Below, in pieces: positions 18,076-27,677 of a stretch of DNA of 64,000 bases; the stretch's first letter is position 1, and each line of letters begins with the position of its first letter. The notes below the pieces were generated by a model that saw only the letters and a program-made list of their open reading frames with translations, searched no databases and was not told the DNA's origin. The stretch comes from an uncultured Spirochaetota bacterium (GTDB taxonomy: Bacteria; Spirochaetota; Spirochaetia; SZUA-6; Fen-1364). The stretch is from assembly GCA_963710335.1 (NCBI GenBank), contig CAVQAA010000005.1, positions 61,004 to 125,003 of the forward strand, read 5' to 3'. The translations under genes were made by a program, and so were the position numbers.

Positions 18076-18409
18076 CAGCGAACGCCCCTATTCGGTCCGC
18101 GTGACGAAGGACTTCTCCCGGATCTCCTTCGTCGGGACGCTGCGCCTGCAGGGCAGGCAGGAATACGAGAGAATTCACCGCATGCTGCGCTATGCGGCGG
18201 ATCGCTCGGGTGAGGCCCTGGAGATGGACCTGCGACAGCTGCAGTTCCTCAACAGCTCGGGGATTTCCACGCTGAGCCTGTTCATCATCGAGATGCGGGA
18301 AATCGGAAAGGCCATCACCATTACGGGCAGCAAGCAAAGCGCATGGCAGGCAAAGTCCCTGAGCAATTTCCGGCGGCTCTACGAGAAGGTGGTCGTCAAC
18401 CTCCTCTGA
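18065..18409 (+). CDS. STAS-domain anti-sigma-factor-antagonist-like protein
   Basis: 114 aa. The start overlaps the upstream stop by 11 nt. LQFLNSSGISTL matches the phospho-serine loop (DSSG-like) of RsbV/SpoIIAA-type proteins. Confidence 0.7.
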   Translation: MSDNSERPYSVRVTKDFSRISFVGTLRLQGRQEYERIHRMLRYAADRSGEALEMDLRQLQFLNSSGISTLSLFIIEMREIGKAITITGSKQSAWQAKSLSNFRRLYEKVVVNLL

Positions 18410-18429
18410 GCGGGCCGGCGGGATCTTTG

Positions 18430-19398
18430 TCAATTCTCCTCGATGAAGCGGATTGCTTTTTTCAAATCCTCGAGCAGGGAAGCCCGTTCCTGGGGGGTCA
18501 CCGAACCCGGTTCGTAGTAGAGCTGGCGGAGAAGGATCCCGTTGCCGAACTCGGTGTACTGCGCGTCCCGCGAGGCGGGATGGGTCTTCAACCCGATGAT
18601 CTTGTAGACCTTCACTGGGAAATGGATCCCTTTCACGTCGATCATCCGCGGCCCTTCAACCTCCACCGCGTCCTGCACGAGGGCATAGGTGTTCTCGCTG
18701 ATGAAGATGGAGTTGCGGTCCGCGATCTTCTCCAGCCGCGCGGCAATGTTCACCTGGCCGCCGATGATGGTGTAGTCCATGCGCGCCTCGGAGCCGAAGT
18801 TGCCAACCGTGCAAAAGCCGGTGTTGATGCCCATGCGCACGGCAAGGCCATTGGATGCGCCGGCGGAGCGCCATTTGGCGCTCAGGAGCTTCACCTTTTC
18901 CAGCATTTCCACCGCCATGCGCACGCACTGCTTGGCGTGTGTCTCGTCGTCGATGAACTGAGGATCCCCGAAGAAGATGACGATGGCGTCCCCGATGAAC
19001 TTGTCCACCGTGCCGCCGTACACACCGGCTATGGCGGACATCTCCGTGAGGTATTCATTCAGCAGCGCGGACAGGCTTTCCGCCTCCAGCGTGTCGGTGA
19101 CCTCCGTGAAGCCCACGATGTCGGAGAAAAACATCGTAAGCTTCTGACGCTTGTACATGAGCTTTGAGGTTATCTTGCCGGTGGCAATGGAGTCATAGAC
19201 CTGGGACGGCAGGTAGGTGCGCATGAGGGTCAGCAGGTTGTTGATGCGCCTGTTTTTCGCCTCCAGCTCGTCCTCGACAAGGGTCCCGTGGTCCACGGTG
19301 TTCTCGTACATGATTTTCATGTCCTGAAGCTGGGCCCTGAGTTTCTCTATTTCCTGTGCGATGAGCACAGGGTCGTTTTTTTCGGAGTTCTCGGACAT
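18430..19398 (-). CDS. class III adenylate/guanylate cyclase domain protein
   Basis: Part of ORF 18430..19464, starting at ATG 19398. An N-terminal coiled coil is followed by FFSDIVGFTE, KFIGDAIVIFFG, RMGINTGFCTVGNFGS and GGQVNIAARLE. There is a C-terminal extension of about 60 aa. Confidence 0.85.
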   Translation of the reverse strand: MSENSEKNDPVLIAQEIEKLRAQLQDMKIMYENTVDHGTLVEDELEAKNRRINNLLTLMRTYLPSQVYDSIATGKITSKLMYKRQKLTMFFSDIVGFTEVTDTLEAESLSALLNEYLTEMSAIAGVYGGTVDKFIGDAIVIFFGDPQFIDDETHAKQCVRMAVEMLEKVKLLSAKWRSAGASNGLAVRMGINTGFCTVGNFGSEARMDYTIIGGQVNIAARLEKIADRNSIFISENTYALVQDAVEVEGPRMIDVKGIHFPVKVYKIIGLKTHPASRDAQYTEFGNGILLRQLYYEPGSVTPQERASLLEDLKKAIRFIEEN

Positions 19399-19529
19399 GC
19401 CTATAGTGTAGTAAACCGTGTGAGTCGGCGCAAACGCTGATCGGCTGAATGTTCTATGCAGCACCCGGGTCGGACGGTATAATGCGCGGGGGCCGCAGGG
19501 CGCCGCGGCCGGTATCGCGAGGAGCTTAC

Positions 19530-20351
19530 ATGTCGGAAGATCCGAAGTATCACGTCATTTTCCGTACGACCGAGTCCGTCCGCGGAGTGGCCCGTCCATT
19601 CGGGCTGGATTTGCGAACGTTGATCAAGGTTTCCTTCTTGAGCCTGCATGAGGCCGTGAAGCCGTTCCCTCACTCGATCCACGTCCTGGGGGACAGGCTG
19701 TCAGAAGACTTGACGACCTTCTTCAGGCGCTTTGCAGATCGAGATCCGGCAATCAAGGTCATCTTGAAGGACTGCGACAGCGGCGAATCGATCCGGCAGT
19801 CACTGTCGTTGGCGCTGTCGGTCCCTGACGGCGAGTGGGTCTACTTCTGCGAAGACGATTATCTGCATCGACCGGTGGCTTTTGTCTGGATCAATGAGCT
19901 TATCAGAAACGGGGCGGAGGCGCTGCGCTTTGAACCCGGCCGGTGGTTCATGAAGCTCCTGTTTCGCAACGCGAATAAAGCGCCGCTCATCATCCATCCC
20001 GCCGACTATCCCGACCGCTACGAGCCGATGAGGCGGCAGTTCAGCCTGCTTTTCATCACCCGTCTCAACCACTGGCGCCAGATCAGCAGCACAACGCATA
20101 CCTTCCTGGCTGAGGCCGGCACTGTCCGACGGTATGAAAAGATCATCCGCCAGTCTTCGATGCCGCCCAGGGACTTCTACCTCAGCAGTCACATGTACAG
20201 CCACATTTTCTTCCGTGGCCGTGGTCTGTGCGTTTCCCCGATCCCGGGCGTGGCGACTCACATGACCGAAGGCGTGATGACTCCGCTCGTGGACTGGGAA
20301 AGCCTGCTTCGCGAAACGCTTGCAAAGGTCAAGAAGCTCGAGGCGTCATGA
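19530..20351 (+). CDS. hypothetical protein, possibly GT-A fold glycosyltransferase
   Basis: Part of ORF 19449..20351. ATG 19530 follows GAGGAG. DSGESIRQSLSLALSVPDGEWVYFCEDDYL resembles the GT2 acceptor/DxD region. A TATAAT box sits at 19478-19483. Confidence 0.5.
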   Translation: MSEDPKYHVIFRTTESVRGVARPFGLDLRTLIKVSFLSLHEAVKPFPHSIHVLGDRLSEDLTTFFRRFADRDPAIKVILKDCDSGESIRQSLSLALSVPDGEWVYFCEDDYLHRPVAFVWINELIRNGAEALRFEPGRWFMKLLFRNANKAPLIIHPADYPDRYEPMRRQFSLLFITRLNHWRQISSTTHTFLAEAGTVRRYEKIIRQSSMPPRDFYLSSHMYSHIFFRGRGLCVSPIPGVATHMTEGVMTPLVDWESLLRETLAKVKKLEAS

Positions 20352-20368
20352 CCTGCCTCAATGAAAAA

Positions 20369-20407
20369 CGGCGCGTGACCGCTGATTGCGGACCGCGCCG
20401 ATTTTTC
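20369..20407. terminator. bidirectional intrinsic terminator
   Basis: GC-rich hairpin CGGCGCGTGACCGC-TGATT-GCGGACCGCGCCG. It is flanked by GAAAAA on the 5' side and ATTTTT on the 3' side, so a U-tract follows on either strand. Confidence 0.7.
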
Positions 20408-20446
20408 GTTGGCCGTCATCAAACCCTTTCACCGAAAGGGTTTATA

Positions 20447-20519
20447 TAGCAGGGGCAGGATTTGAACCTGCGACCTCCGGGTTATGAGCCCGACGAGCTT
20501 CCAACTGCTCTACCCTGCG
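20447..20519 (-). tRNA. tRNA-Met (CAU), initiator type
   Basis: 73-nt cloverleaf on the minus strand: CGCAGGG-TA-GAGC-AGTTGGAA-GCTC-G-TCGGG-CTCATAA-CCCGG-AGGTC-GCAGG-TTCAAAT-CCTGC-CCCTGCT-A. The anticodon is CAT. Initiator hallmarks are present: a 1:72 mismatch, three G:C pairs at 29-31/39-41, and A11:U24. CCA is not encoded. Confidence 0.9.
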
Positions 20520-20530
20520 TCGTTTCCATG

Positions 20531-20559
20531 AATATAGGGGAATGGCACGATTCAGTCAA
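20531..20559 (-). promoter_or_regulatory. sigma-70 promoter of the initiator tRNA
   Basis: Minus strand reads TTGACT (20559-20554), a 17-nt spacer, then TATATT (20536-20531). The mature tRNA 5' end lies 11 nt downstream. Confidence 0.6.
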
Positions 20560-20573
20560 GGGACTCCCTTGAC
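20555..20573. promoter_or_regulatory. perfect 19-nt palindrome carrying a TTGAC element on both strands
   Basis: GTCAAGGGA-C-TCCCTTGAC. The minus arm supplies the -35 of the tRNA promoter. The plus arm supplies TTGACA (20569-20574) upstream of the amino-acid ABC operon. Confidence 0.5.
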
Positions 20574-20625
20574 ATCGCGTCCTGTTCCGTGAATAACGAA
20601 CAAACATACTCAGAAGGAGGAATTT

Positions 20626-21381
20626 ATGCTCAAGAAAATTCTAGCGGGCGGAGTCCTTGCGCTTGCCCTGTTGGGGGTCGTTTCCTGCGGCGCCAAACAG
20701 GCGAAAAAGATCGTCATCGCGTCCGACGCAACCTTCCCCCCCATGGAGATGGTTGACGAAAACAAGAATATCGTCGGGCTCGATGTCGACCTGATGAATG
20801 CGGCAGCAAAAGCCGGCGGGTTCGCCGTGGAGTTCAAGAACACCGCGTGGGAAGGCATCTTCGCAGGACTGGACAACGGCAAATATGACGCGGTCATGTC
20901 CTCCGTAACGATCACGGACGACCGCAAGAAGACCATGGACTTCTCCATCCCGTATTTCAACGCTGGCCAGATCCTCGTTGTGAAGAGCGACGTAAACGGC
21001 GTGGAAAAGCTGACGGACCTCAAGGGCAAGACGGTAGGCGCGCAGATCGGCACAACCGGGGCTTTCGAGATCGACAAGGTGAAAGAATCCAGCAAGATCA
21101 CGGAGAAGACTTATGATGACATAGGGCTTGCGTTCGAAGACCTGGTGAACGGCCGGCTTGCAGGAGTCGTTGTTGATACTCCCACTGCTGCAAACTACGC
21201 GCTGCAGAACCCCAACTACAAGGGCAAGCTGAAGACAGTCGGAGCGGCCTTTACCACGGAGTACTACGGAGTGGCGGTCAAGAAGGGAAATACGAAGGTA
21301 CTGGACGTTATCAACGCGGGCCTGAAGAAGATCCTCGATGCAGGTGACAACAAGGCCATCGAAGAAAAGTGGCTGAAGTAA
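20626..21381 (+). CDS. polar amino acid ABC transporter substrate-binding protein
   Basis: 251 aa with the RBS GAAGGAGG. The lipoprotein-like signal is LALALLGVVSCG. FPPMEMVDENKNIVGLDVDLMNAAAK and WEGIFAGLDNGKYDAV are typical of family 3 binding proteins. Confidence 0.9.
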   Translation: MLKKILAGGVLALALLGVVSCGAKQAKKIVIASDATFPPMEMVDENKNIVGLDVDLMNAAAKAGGFAVEFKNTAWEGIFAGLDNGKYDAVMSSVTITDDRKKTMDFSIPYFNAGQILVVKSDVNGVEKLTDLKGKTVGAQIGTTGAFEIDKVKESSKITEKTYDDIGLAFEDLVNGRLAGVVVDTPTAANYALQNPNYKGKLKTVGAAFTTEYYGVAVKKGNTKVLDVINAGLKKILDAGDNKAIEEKWLK

Positions 21382-22166
21382 AGGAACCTCGCCGCGAGGC
21401 GAGGATCGAGGTTTCTGACGGGGCATTGATCCCCGGAAAAGGGGAGAAGTCGACATTCTCGGCCTGGCGGATCTCCTTTTTCGGGGCCCTTGCCCTTCTG
21501 GTGATCCTTCCTCTCGTTCACCCGGAGCCCTACAAGAGAATCCTGCTTTTCCTTCCAGACGGGATTCTCAAGACTTTTGAAGTCACCGTCCTCTCAATCG
21601 CTTTTGCGCTGGTAGTCGGTCTTCTCACAGGGATCGGGCGCATATCGCGCATACACATAATCAACAGGATAGCCACGATCTACGTCGAGGTCGTTCGCGG
21701 CATTCCTCTGCTCGTCCAGATCTTCTACATCTACTACGCGCTGGGGAAGATCGTGCAGGTCCCCGACATCATGGCCGCGGTGATCGCCATGACGGTGTGC
21801 TACGGCGCCTACCTGGGAGAGATCTTCCGGGCAGGCATCCAGTCCATCCACAAGGGCCAGATGGAAGCGGCAATCGCCCTTGGTTTGACACGCACGCAGG
21901 CTCTGCGCAGGGTCATCCTGCCTCAAACCATTCGGGTTGTTCTCCCTCCCCTCGGCAATGAGTTCATAGCCCTGCTCAAGGACTCATCCCTGGTGTCCAT
22001 CCTGGCGGTGTCCGACTTGCTGCGGCGCGGGCGGGAGTTTGCCTCCAAGACATTCTATTATTTCGAGGCCCTGACCGTGGTTGCGCTGGTGTATCTCGTC
22101 ATGACGCTTTTTTTCTCGCGCCTCGTGGCGCTCATGGAAGACAGGATGAACAAGCGTGGCAGATAG
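21369..22166 (+). CDS. amino acid ABC transporter permease (His/Glu/Gln/Arg/opine family)
   Basis: 265 aa. The GTG start overlaps the upstream gene by 13 nt. Contains the EAA-like loop [21 protein letters not shown]. Confidence 0.85.
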   Translation: MAEVKEPRREARIEVSDGALIPGKGEKSTFSAWRISFFGALALLVILPLVHPEPYKRILLFLPDGILKTFEVTVLSIAFALVVGLLTGIGRISRIHIINRIATIYVEVVRGIPLLVQIFYIYYALGKIVQVPDIMAAVIAMTVCYGAYLGEIFRAGIQSIHKGQMEAAIALGLTRTQALRRVILPQTIRVVLPPLGNEFIALLKDSSLVSILAVSDLLRRGREFASKTFYYFEALTVVALVYLVMTLFFSRLVALMEDRMNKRGR

Positions 22167-22887
22167 GGTCCGTATCATTGACGCATGCAAGAGCTTCGGC
22201 AAGGTGGTGGCCCTCAAAAACGCCAATCTCTCCGTGAAGCCGGGTGAGGTTGTCCTGATCATCGGGCCCTCGGGCAGCGGGAAGAGCACAATGCTGCGCT
22301 GCATCAACAGGCTGGAGCATCTCACCTCCGGGCAGATCTGGATCGATGAGGACCAGGTATCCGATCACGCGTCCGATATCCGCAAGATCCGTGAAGAAGT
22401 GGGAATGGTATTCCAGTCATTCAATCTCTTTCCCCACCTCACGGCCCTGGACAACATCATCCTGGCGCCCCGTATCGTCAAAAAAACTCCGCAGAAGGAG
22501 GCTATCGACCTTGGGAAAAGCCTCCTGGCCCGTGTCGGCCTTTCAGAAAAGGAAGCCGTCTACCCCGAACAACTCTCCGGCGGACAACAGCAGCGCGTGG
22601 CCATTGCGCGGGCGCTCGCCATGAGCCCCAAAGTGATGCTCTTCGATGAGCCCACGTCGGCGCTGGATCCAGAGATGATCAAGGAAGTCCTCGATGTCAT
22701 GGTGGAGCTTGCCAAGGAAGGCATGACGATGCTTGTGGTTTCCCACGAGATGGGGTTTGCCCGCGCCGCGGCCCACACGGTGGTCTTCATGGACAATGGG
22801 GAGATCATCGAACGGGGCGCGCCGGAGTCCCTCTTCACCTCACCTCGGGAAGAACGGACGCAGCGGTTCCTGAAGCACATCCTGTAG
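22156..22887 (+). CDS. amino acid ABC transporter ATP-binding protein (GlnQ-like)
   Basis: 243 aa with [24 protein letters not shown] and [13 protein letters not shown]. Confidence 0.92.
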   Translation: MADRVRIIDACKSFGKVVALKNANLSVKPGEVVLIIGPSGSGKSTMLRCINRLEHLTSGQIWIDEDQVSDHASDIRKIREEVGMVFQSFNLFPHLTALDNIILAPRIVKKTPQKEAIDLGKSLLARVGLSEKEAVYPEQLSGGQQQRVAIARALAMSPKVMLFDEPTSALDPEMIKEVLDVMVELAKEGMTMLVVSHEMGFARAAAHTVVFMDNGEIIERGAPESLFTSPREERTQRFLKHIL

Positions 22888-22912
22888 CCACGGAAGGTCC
22901 CCTGCAAACGAA

Positions 22913-22933
22913 AGAGCCCCCGACGGGGGCTCT
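22913..22933. terminator. intrinsic terminator between convergent genes (best on the minus strand, for rpsU)
   Basis: Hairpin AGAGCCCCC-GAC-GGGGGCTCT. On the minus strand it is followed by TTCGTTTG. Confidence 0.6.
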
Positions 22934-22955
22934 GGAGTGAGCGTAATTACGTCTG

Positions 22956-23174
22956 TCAGTAGCTCTTCATCTGCGAAACTTTACGGGCTCTCTTCATCCG
23001 CTTGCGCTCGAGAGCCTTCTTTTTACGGTTGAGAATGGCGGAAGGCTTCTCGAAGAACTCCCTCTTCTTCCATTCCCGGATGATCCCCTCTTTCTCCACC
23101 TGGCGCTTGAAGCGCTTTATGGCTTTCTCCAGGGGTTCATCATCGCTGACTTCGATATAGGCTATGTCACTCAC
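22956..23174 (-). CDS. rpsU: 30S ribosomal protein S21
   Basis: Part of ORF 22956..23261. Contains [44 protein letters not shown]. The proposed GTG 23174 lies within GGAGGTGAGTGA and overlaps the stop of the upstream M23 gene, so the exact start is uncertain. Confidence 0.85.
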   Translation of the reverse strand: MSDIAYIEVSDDEPLEKAIKRFKRQVEKEGIIREWKKREFFEKPSAILNRKKKALERKRMKRARKVSQMKSY

Positions 23175-24270
23175 CTCCCTTCGATGCTTTGCCAGCATCA
23201 CTTTCGTCCGATTCCGCAGTTTTGTCAAGAATCGGCCCCGCGGCAAGGGCATCCGGGTCAACGGGCACCCCGAGCGCCTCTATCTCCCAATGCAGGTGCG
23301 GACCCGTGGCAAACCCGGTCATCCCGACCTTCCCGATCACGTCGCCCTGCGCCACCATGTCCCCGGGCTTTACGTCGATTTCCGAAAGATGAAAATAGAG
23401 GGAGAACAAGCCGGGAAGATGCTCAATGACCACAGTGTTCCCGGTGATTATTCTCCGCGCGGCAAGCACGACCCTCCCCTTCCCGCTGGCGGAAACCGGC
23501 GTTCCTTCAGGAGCCGCAAGATCCAGGCCTTCATGCACGGTGTAGTCGGAGGTATTGTCGGGAAAGACGTATTTCCTTCTGTCGCCGTACCCCGAGGTGC
23601 GCCGTGCGTCGGGGAATGGATTACGGATGGTTCCCGTCTCGAAAACCGCATCAGGATGTGGCGTAGTGATAATACGGATGAGCTCCTGCGCCTCGGCGAC
23701 CTTGCGCGGGTCCGGGGAAGTCCGAAGCTCTTCCAGCCCTGCCGTCATCACGATGCGTTCGAAGCGGAAAGTCCTTTCACGAACCGTCAAAGGGGACAGT
23801 TGCAGGGCGCTCAAGTCACCTGCCTTGATGGTCAATGAGAGGGTATATGTGCCCGGTGCCGTCTGGTCAGTAACCCCCAAGAGAACGATCCAGCGGCCTT
23901 CCTGCGACGACTGCTGGAGCCGGAAACCGATTCCGCGCGAAAGCGCCTGCTGTTTCTGCCCCAGCATCTGGGCAACCATGGAGTCCACTTTCAGAGTCTC
24001 AATAACCTCTATCCTCAGAAGATCCCCGGGGGCGGCGGCCTGCGGGACGGTGATTTGCGGGGCCAGGGGGGGCTGCCCCAGGGGAGAATATGAGAAAAGA
24101 CCCGCTTCCGGTCGAAGGTTTCCCCAGCTGTACTGGTATTTCGCGTCCGGGCTCGTTACGCAAATGCCCAGCTGCGGGCAAGTAACGAGAAGCGTGGCAG
24201 GCAGCGCGTTTTGAGCCGATGCAAGCGCCATCATGAGCGTGAGACAGGTGGGCATGTGGCGGAAAGTCAT
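23167..24270 (-). CDS. M23 (LytM) family metallopeptidase
   Basis: 367 aa with signal peptide [16 protein letters not shown]. Contains [14 protein letters not shown] and the GPHLHWE motif. Confidence 0.88.
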   Translation of the reverse strand: MTFRHMPTCLTLMMALASAQNALPATLLVTCPQLGICVTSPDAKYQYSWGNLRPEAGLFSYSPLGQPPLAPQITVPQAAAPGDLLRIEVIETLKVDSMVAQMLGQKQQALSRGIGFRLQQSSQEGRWIVLLGVTDQTAPGTYTLSLTIKAGDLSALQLSPLTVRERTFRFERIVMTAGLEELRTSPDPRKVAEAQELIRIITTPHPDAVFETGTIRNPFPDARRTSGYGDRRKYVFPDNTSDYTVHEGLDLAAPEGTPVSASGKGRVVLAARRIITGNTVVIEHLPGLFSLYFHLSEIDVKPGDMVAQGDVIGKVGMTGFATGPHLHWEIEALGVPVDPDALAAGPILDKTAESDESDAGKASKGGE

Positions 24271-26369
24271 TTTCTCAGGTCCAGGATGATGAGCTGGAGG
24301 TTCTCGCCTCCGCCATAGGAGTTTCGCGACAAGCGGTAAACGATGTCAACGCTGTCCCCGATGGTAAACTCGCCGGGGAACCGCGAGGCCGCGTTCCAGT
24401 ACACTGCCGGCCATTTCGCCTTCCCGGAGTCAAGCAGCAGCTTCAGGTGGTTGAGCTCCCGGCGGCCAATCAGCTCGCAATGGACGACCTTCAAGCCGCG
24501 GGAGAGAAAAGCCAGGGGCGGATTGCCTTCTCCAAACGGCTCAAACAGGTCGACGATTTTTATGAGCTCGGGAGCCAGGTGGGTAAGCGGAATCTCGGCG
24601 TCGATCTGGATGGAATCTTCCCCCTGGACCGGCGGCAGCTCTTCCACCCGGGAAAAGAACGCTTCCAGGAAAGAGGACAGACGTTGTCGCTCCAAGCTGA
24701 ACCCTCCGGCGAAATCGTGCCCGCCGTACGTAAGGAAATGCTCGCCATGTCGCGAGAAAAAATCCGCAATCACCCGGTCACGGTTGCATCGGATGGATCC
24801 TATGGCGGTCTCACCCACCTCCGCTATGACGATGGCAGGAGCCTTGAAGAAGCCCTGCAGCCTCGATGCCATGATGCCTGTGATGCCGCGCTGGATGCGC
24901 TCATCATGAACCAGGATGCACCTTCCCCCCGTGCGCGTGAGCGAGTCCTTTGCCTGATCCAGCATGAGGTTCCAGGTTGTCTCCCCCATGCTCCTGCGCC
25001 TGGAGTCCAGCGTGACAAGCTGGTCCACAAGCGAATCCGCCTCCTCCGCAGTCTGGGAAAGGAAGACCCGGGTGGCAGTGCCAGGCTCTCCCATCCTCCC
25101 AGCGGAGTTCAAAAGCGGCGCGATCTGCCAGGAAATGTCGGAGGCGCTGATCCGCTTGCCCAGCAGCTCCCGCCTTTTGAAAATCTGCCGAAGGCCGTTG
25201 CGCTCTGGCGCCCGAAGCGCGGAGAGCCCTTCACGAACGACGATGCGATTTTCATCCACCAGAGGCATCAAGTCGGCAAGGGTCCCCAGGGTAACCAGAT
25301 CCAGCCGGGCCCGACAGGGAGCAAGACGCGTCTCCTCCCGGGCCAGAACCAGGGACCGGAAGACCTCGGCAAGCGTATCCACCTCCGACATCGGGCGGGA
25401 GCTGTACCTGCCCGACCGGGAGCTCTGGGAGATTTTCAGCAGGCCTTTTCCGGCCATTGCGGGCAGGAACTGTCCCACAAGCGGACTCAAGTCGGATAGC
25501 GAGATCGAAAGCCCTCCCCCGAAGACTTTTTCCAACAGCCTTGCCTGCCCCGGCGCGTCCAGAACCAGCACCTCGTCCCGGGCTATGAAGGAGGCCAGCC
25601 TGGTCTTTTCAAAATGCACGAGCCCTGGAACAAAGCTTTCCATCAGCCGTCCGGTCTCCACGAGGTTCGTCATCCTGAGCGCTTCAACGACTACGGTTTC
25701 GTTTGCAGGCCTGGCCGAAAGAAGGCAGACATCCACGCCGAAAAACGGCGAGTGGGAAAACCGAAGGGCCCATTCGAGCTTGGACGCCACGGCACACCCG
25801 CACAGGTCCCGAAAGGGGTATCCAGGGAGCTTCGGGTTGACCACCGCAACGGCGGACGGAAGCTCCGCGGGAGGATTGTGGTGATCCATGACAATGGTCT
25901 CGATGCCTTTCTCCGCGGCCAAAGCAATTTCAGCGACATTCGACACGCCGCAGTCCACAGTGACAAGCAGGCTTACCCCGGCTTCCACCGCCTTATCGAT
26001 CACTTTGGAAGACAACCCGTACGCCTCCTCACCCTCCGGCAGCATCCACTGGACCTCGGCTCCCAGGTCCACCAGCACTTCATAGAGGAGGACCGTGGCA
26101 GTGATGCCGTCCACGTCCCGGTCCCCGAAGATCAGCATCTTCTCACCGCTCTCGATGCCCGCGTTGATCCTTTCCACGGCCTCCGCCATGGAGCTCATGA
26201 GAAAGGGGTTGTGCAGGAGACGAAGATCGGGCTCCAGGAAGTATTGAAGGGACTCGGGAGCGGTGATTCCGCGACGAGAAAAAATGGTTGCCGGCAGGAG
26301 GTCCACGTCGAACCTGCGCGCAAGCTCGCGCACTGACGCGGAGTCGATGGCGCTCTTGTTCCAGATCAT
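24267..26369 (-). CDS. recJ: single-stranded-DNA-specific exonuclease RecJ
   Basis: Part of ORF 24267..26495. ATG 26369 overlaps the pdp stop (ATGA). DHH motifs are present: FGDRDVDGITA, TVDCG, MDHHNP and GGH. Confidence 0.9.
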   Translation of the reverse strand: MIWNKSAIDSASVRELARRFDVDLLPATIFSRRGITAPESLQYFLEPDLRLLHNPFLMSSMAEAVERINAGIESGEKMLIFGDRDVDGITATVLLYEVLVDLGAEVQWMLPEGEEAYGLSSKVIDKAVEAGVSLLVTVDCGVSNVAEIALAAEKGIETIVMDHHNPPAELPSAVAVVNPKLPGYPFRDLCGCAVASKLEWALRFSHSPFFGVDVCLLSARPANETVVVEALRMTNLVETGRLMESFVPGLVHFEKTRLASFIARDEVLVLDAPGQARLLEKVFGGGLSISLSDLSPLVGQFLPAMAGKGLLKISQSSRSGRYSSRPMSEVDTLAEVFRSLVLAREETRLAPCRARLDLVTLGTLADLMPLVDENRIVVREGLSALRAPERNGLRQIFKRRELLGKRISASDISWQIAPLLNSAGRMGEPGTATRVFLSQTAEEADSLVDQLVTLDSRRRSMGETTWNLMLDQAKDSLTRTGGRCILVHDERIQRGITGIMASRLQGFFKAPAIVIAEVGETAIGSIRCNRDRVIADFFSRHGEHFLTYGGHDFAGGFSLERQRLSSFLEAFFSRVEELPPVQGEDSIQIDAEIPLTHLAPELIKIVDLFEPFGEGNPPLAFLSRGLKVVHCELIGRRELNHLKLLLDSGKAKWPAVYWNAASRFPGEFTIGDSVDIVYRLSRNSYGGGENLQLIILDLRK

Positions 26370-27677
26370 TCCTGGGTGATCTCCTCCAGGATCATCTTCC
26401 GGGATCCCGGCTGTCCGTCTGCAAGCTGCCATGCAGGGGCAAGAAGGCGAAGGGCCTCCTGAACCTGCGCTTCCTTTTCTCCTCTGACGAGGCACAGCTC
26501 ATCGCCCTTTGCCACTGTCTCCCCCGCGGACTTGCGGATGGAGATGCCCACTCCGGGAAGCACCACGTCCTCTTTGCGGGAGCGCCCTGCGCCAAGCACA
26601 ACGGACGCCAGGCCGACTTTAAAAGCGTCGATCCGGGCCACTCTGCCGCGTGATTGGGCCAGCAAAGGCCGCACGATTGACGCATGCGGACCTTTCTCAG
26701 GATGCAGGAGGCAGTCCGTGCGGCCGCCCTGGAACTCCACGTTCTTCAGGAACAGGTCCCACGCGGAGCCGTCGGAAAGCTTTTTTGCGGCCATCACCTG
26801 ACCTTCGGCCGGGTTGGCTGCTTTTCCGCCCAGCACCAGCATCCAGCCTGCCAGCCGGCAGGTAACCTCGACGACATCCGACGGACCTTTTCCCTGAAGG
26901 CAATCGATGGATTCCTCGACTTCCAGGAAATTCCCGACGGCCCTGCCCAGGGGCTCGTCCATGTCCGTGATCACGGCAACAACCTTCCTGCCCAGGCTCT
27001 TGCCCGGCGCTCACGAGGGATCCGGCCAGAGCGCGCGCCTGCTCAAGGTTCTTCATGAAGCCGCCTGACCCGCATTTCACGTCGAAGACCAGCGCCTCGG
27101 CGCCCTCAGCGAACTTCTTCGACATGATGCTGGCTGTGATGAGAGGCACCGATTCCACGGTGCCCGTGACATCGCGCAGGGCGTACATCCGGCGGTCTGC
27201 AGGCACCACGGTCTCACTCTGTCCGATCATGGCGAAACCGATTTTCAACAACCCCTGCCGAAAGCGCTCCGGGGAAAGATCGGTCCTGAAGCCCGGTATG
27301 GACTCCAGCTTGTCCAGAGTCCCACCCGTATGTCCCAGGGAGCGCCCACTCATCATGGGCACGCGAACGCCGCACGCCGCGACCACGGGTGCAAGGATGA
27401 GGGAGATCTTGTCCCCGACGCCCCCGGTTGAATGCTTGTCCACAAGCGGGCCGGGCACTCCCGAAAGGTCCATCACATCCCCTGACCGTATCATGGCTTG
27501 CGTGAGCAGTGCGGTCTCCTGGGGGCTCATGCCGCGAAGGACTATGGCCATCAGCAGGGACGACATCTGGTAGTCCGGAATGTCCCCGCGGGAGAATCCC
27601 TGGACAAGGAAATCAATCTCTTCCGCTTCCAGAGCAAGCCCGTCCCGCTTTTTCATGATCAGGTCAACCACCCTCAC
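26366..27677 (-). pseudogene. pdp: pyrimidine-nucleoside (thymidine) phosphorylase, interrupted by a +1 frameshift near 27003-27010
   Basis: The N-terminal part is in ORF 26697..27884, from GTG 27677: MRVVDLIMKKRDG, KHSTGGVGDK, SGRSLGHTGGTLDKLE. The C-terminal part is ORF 26366..26974 in another frame. The frames join as ...SLVSAG/KSLGRKVVAVITDMDEPLG. The total length of 1312 nt is not a multiple of 3. Confidence 0.85.

Noticed and set aside
18430-19398. Class III cyclase as part of a Pycsar-like anti-phage system
   Set aside because: There is no adjacent effector with a cyclic-nucleotide-binding domain fused to a TIR or TM module. The neighbours are signalling and housekeeping-type genes, and the cyclase has ordinary adenylate/guanylate cyclase motifs.
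20421-20443. Hairpin AAACCCTTTC-ACCG-AAAGGGTTT as the tRNA terminator
   Set aside because: On the minus strand it is not followed by a U-tract. The stronger GC-rich bidirectional terminator at 20369-20407 lies just downstream. It may still contribute to 3' processing, but I cannot support it as a terminator.
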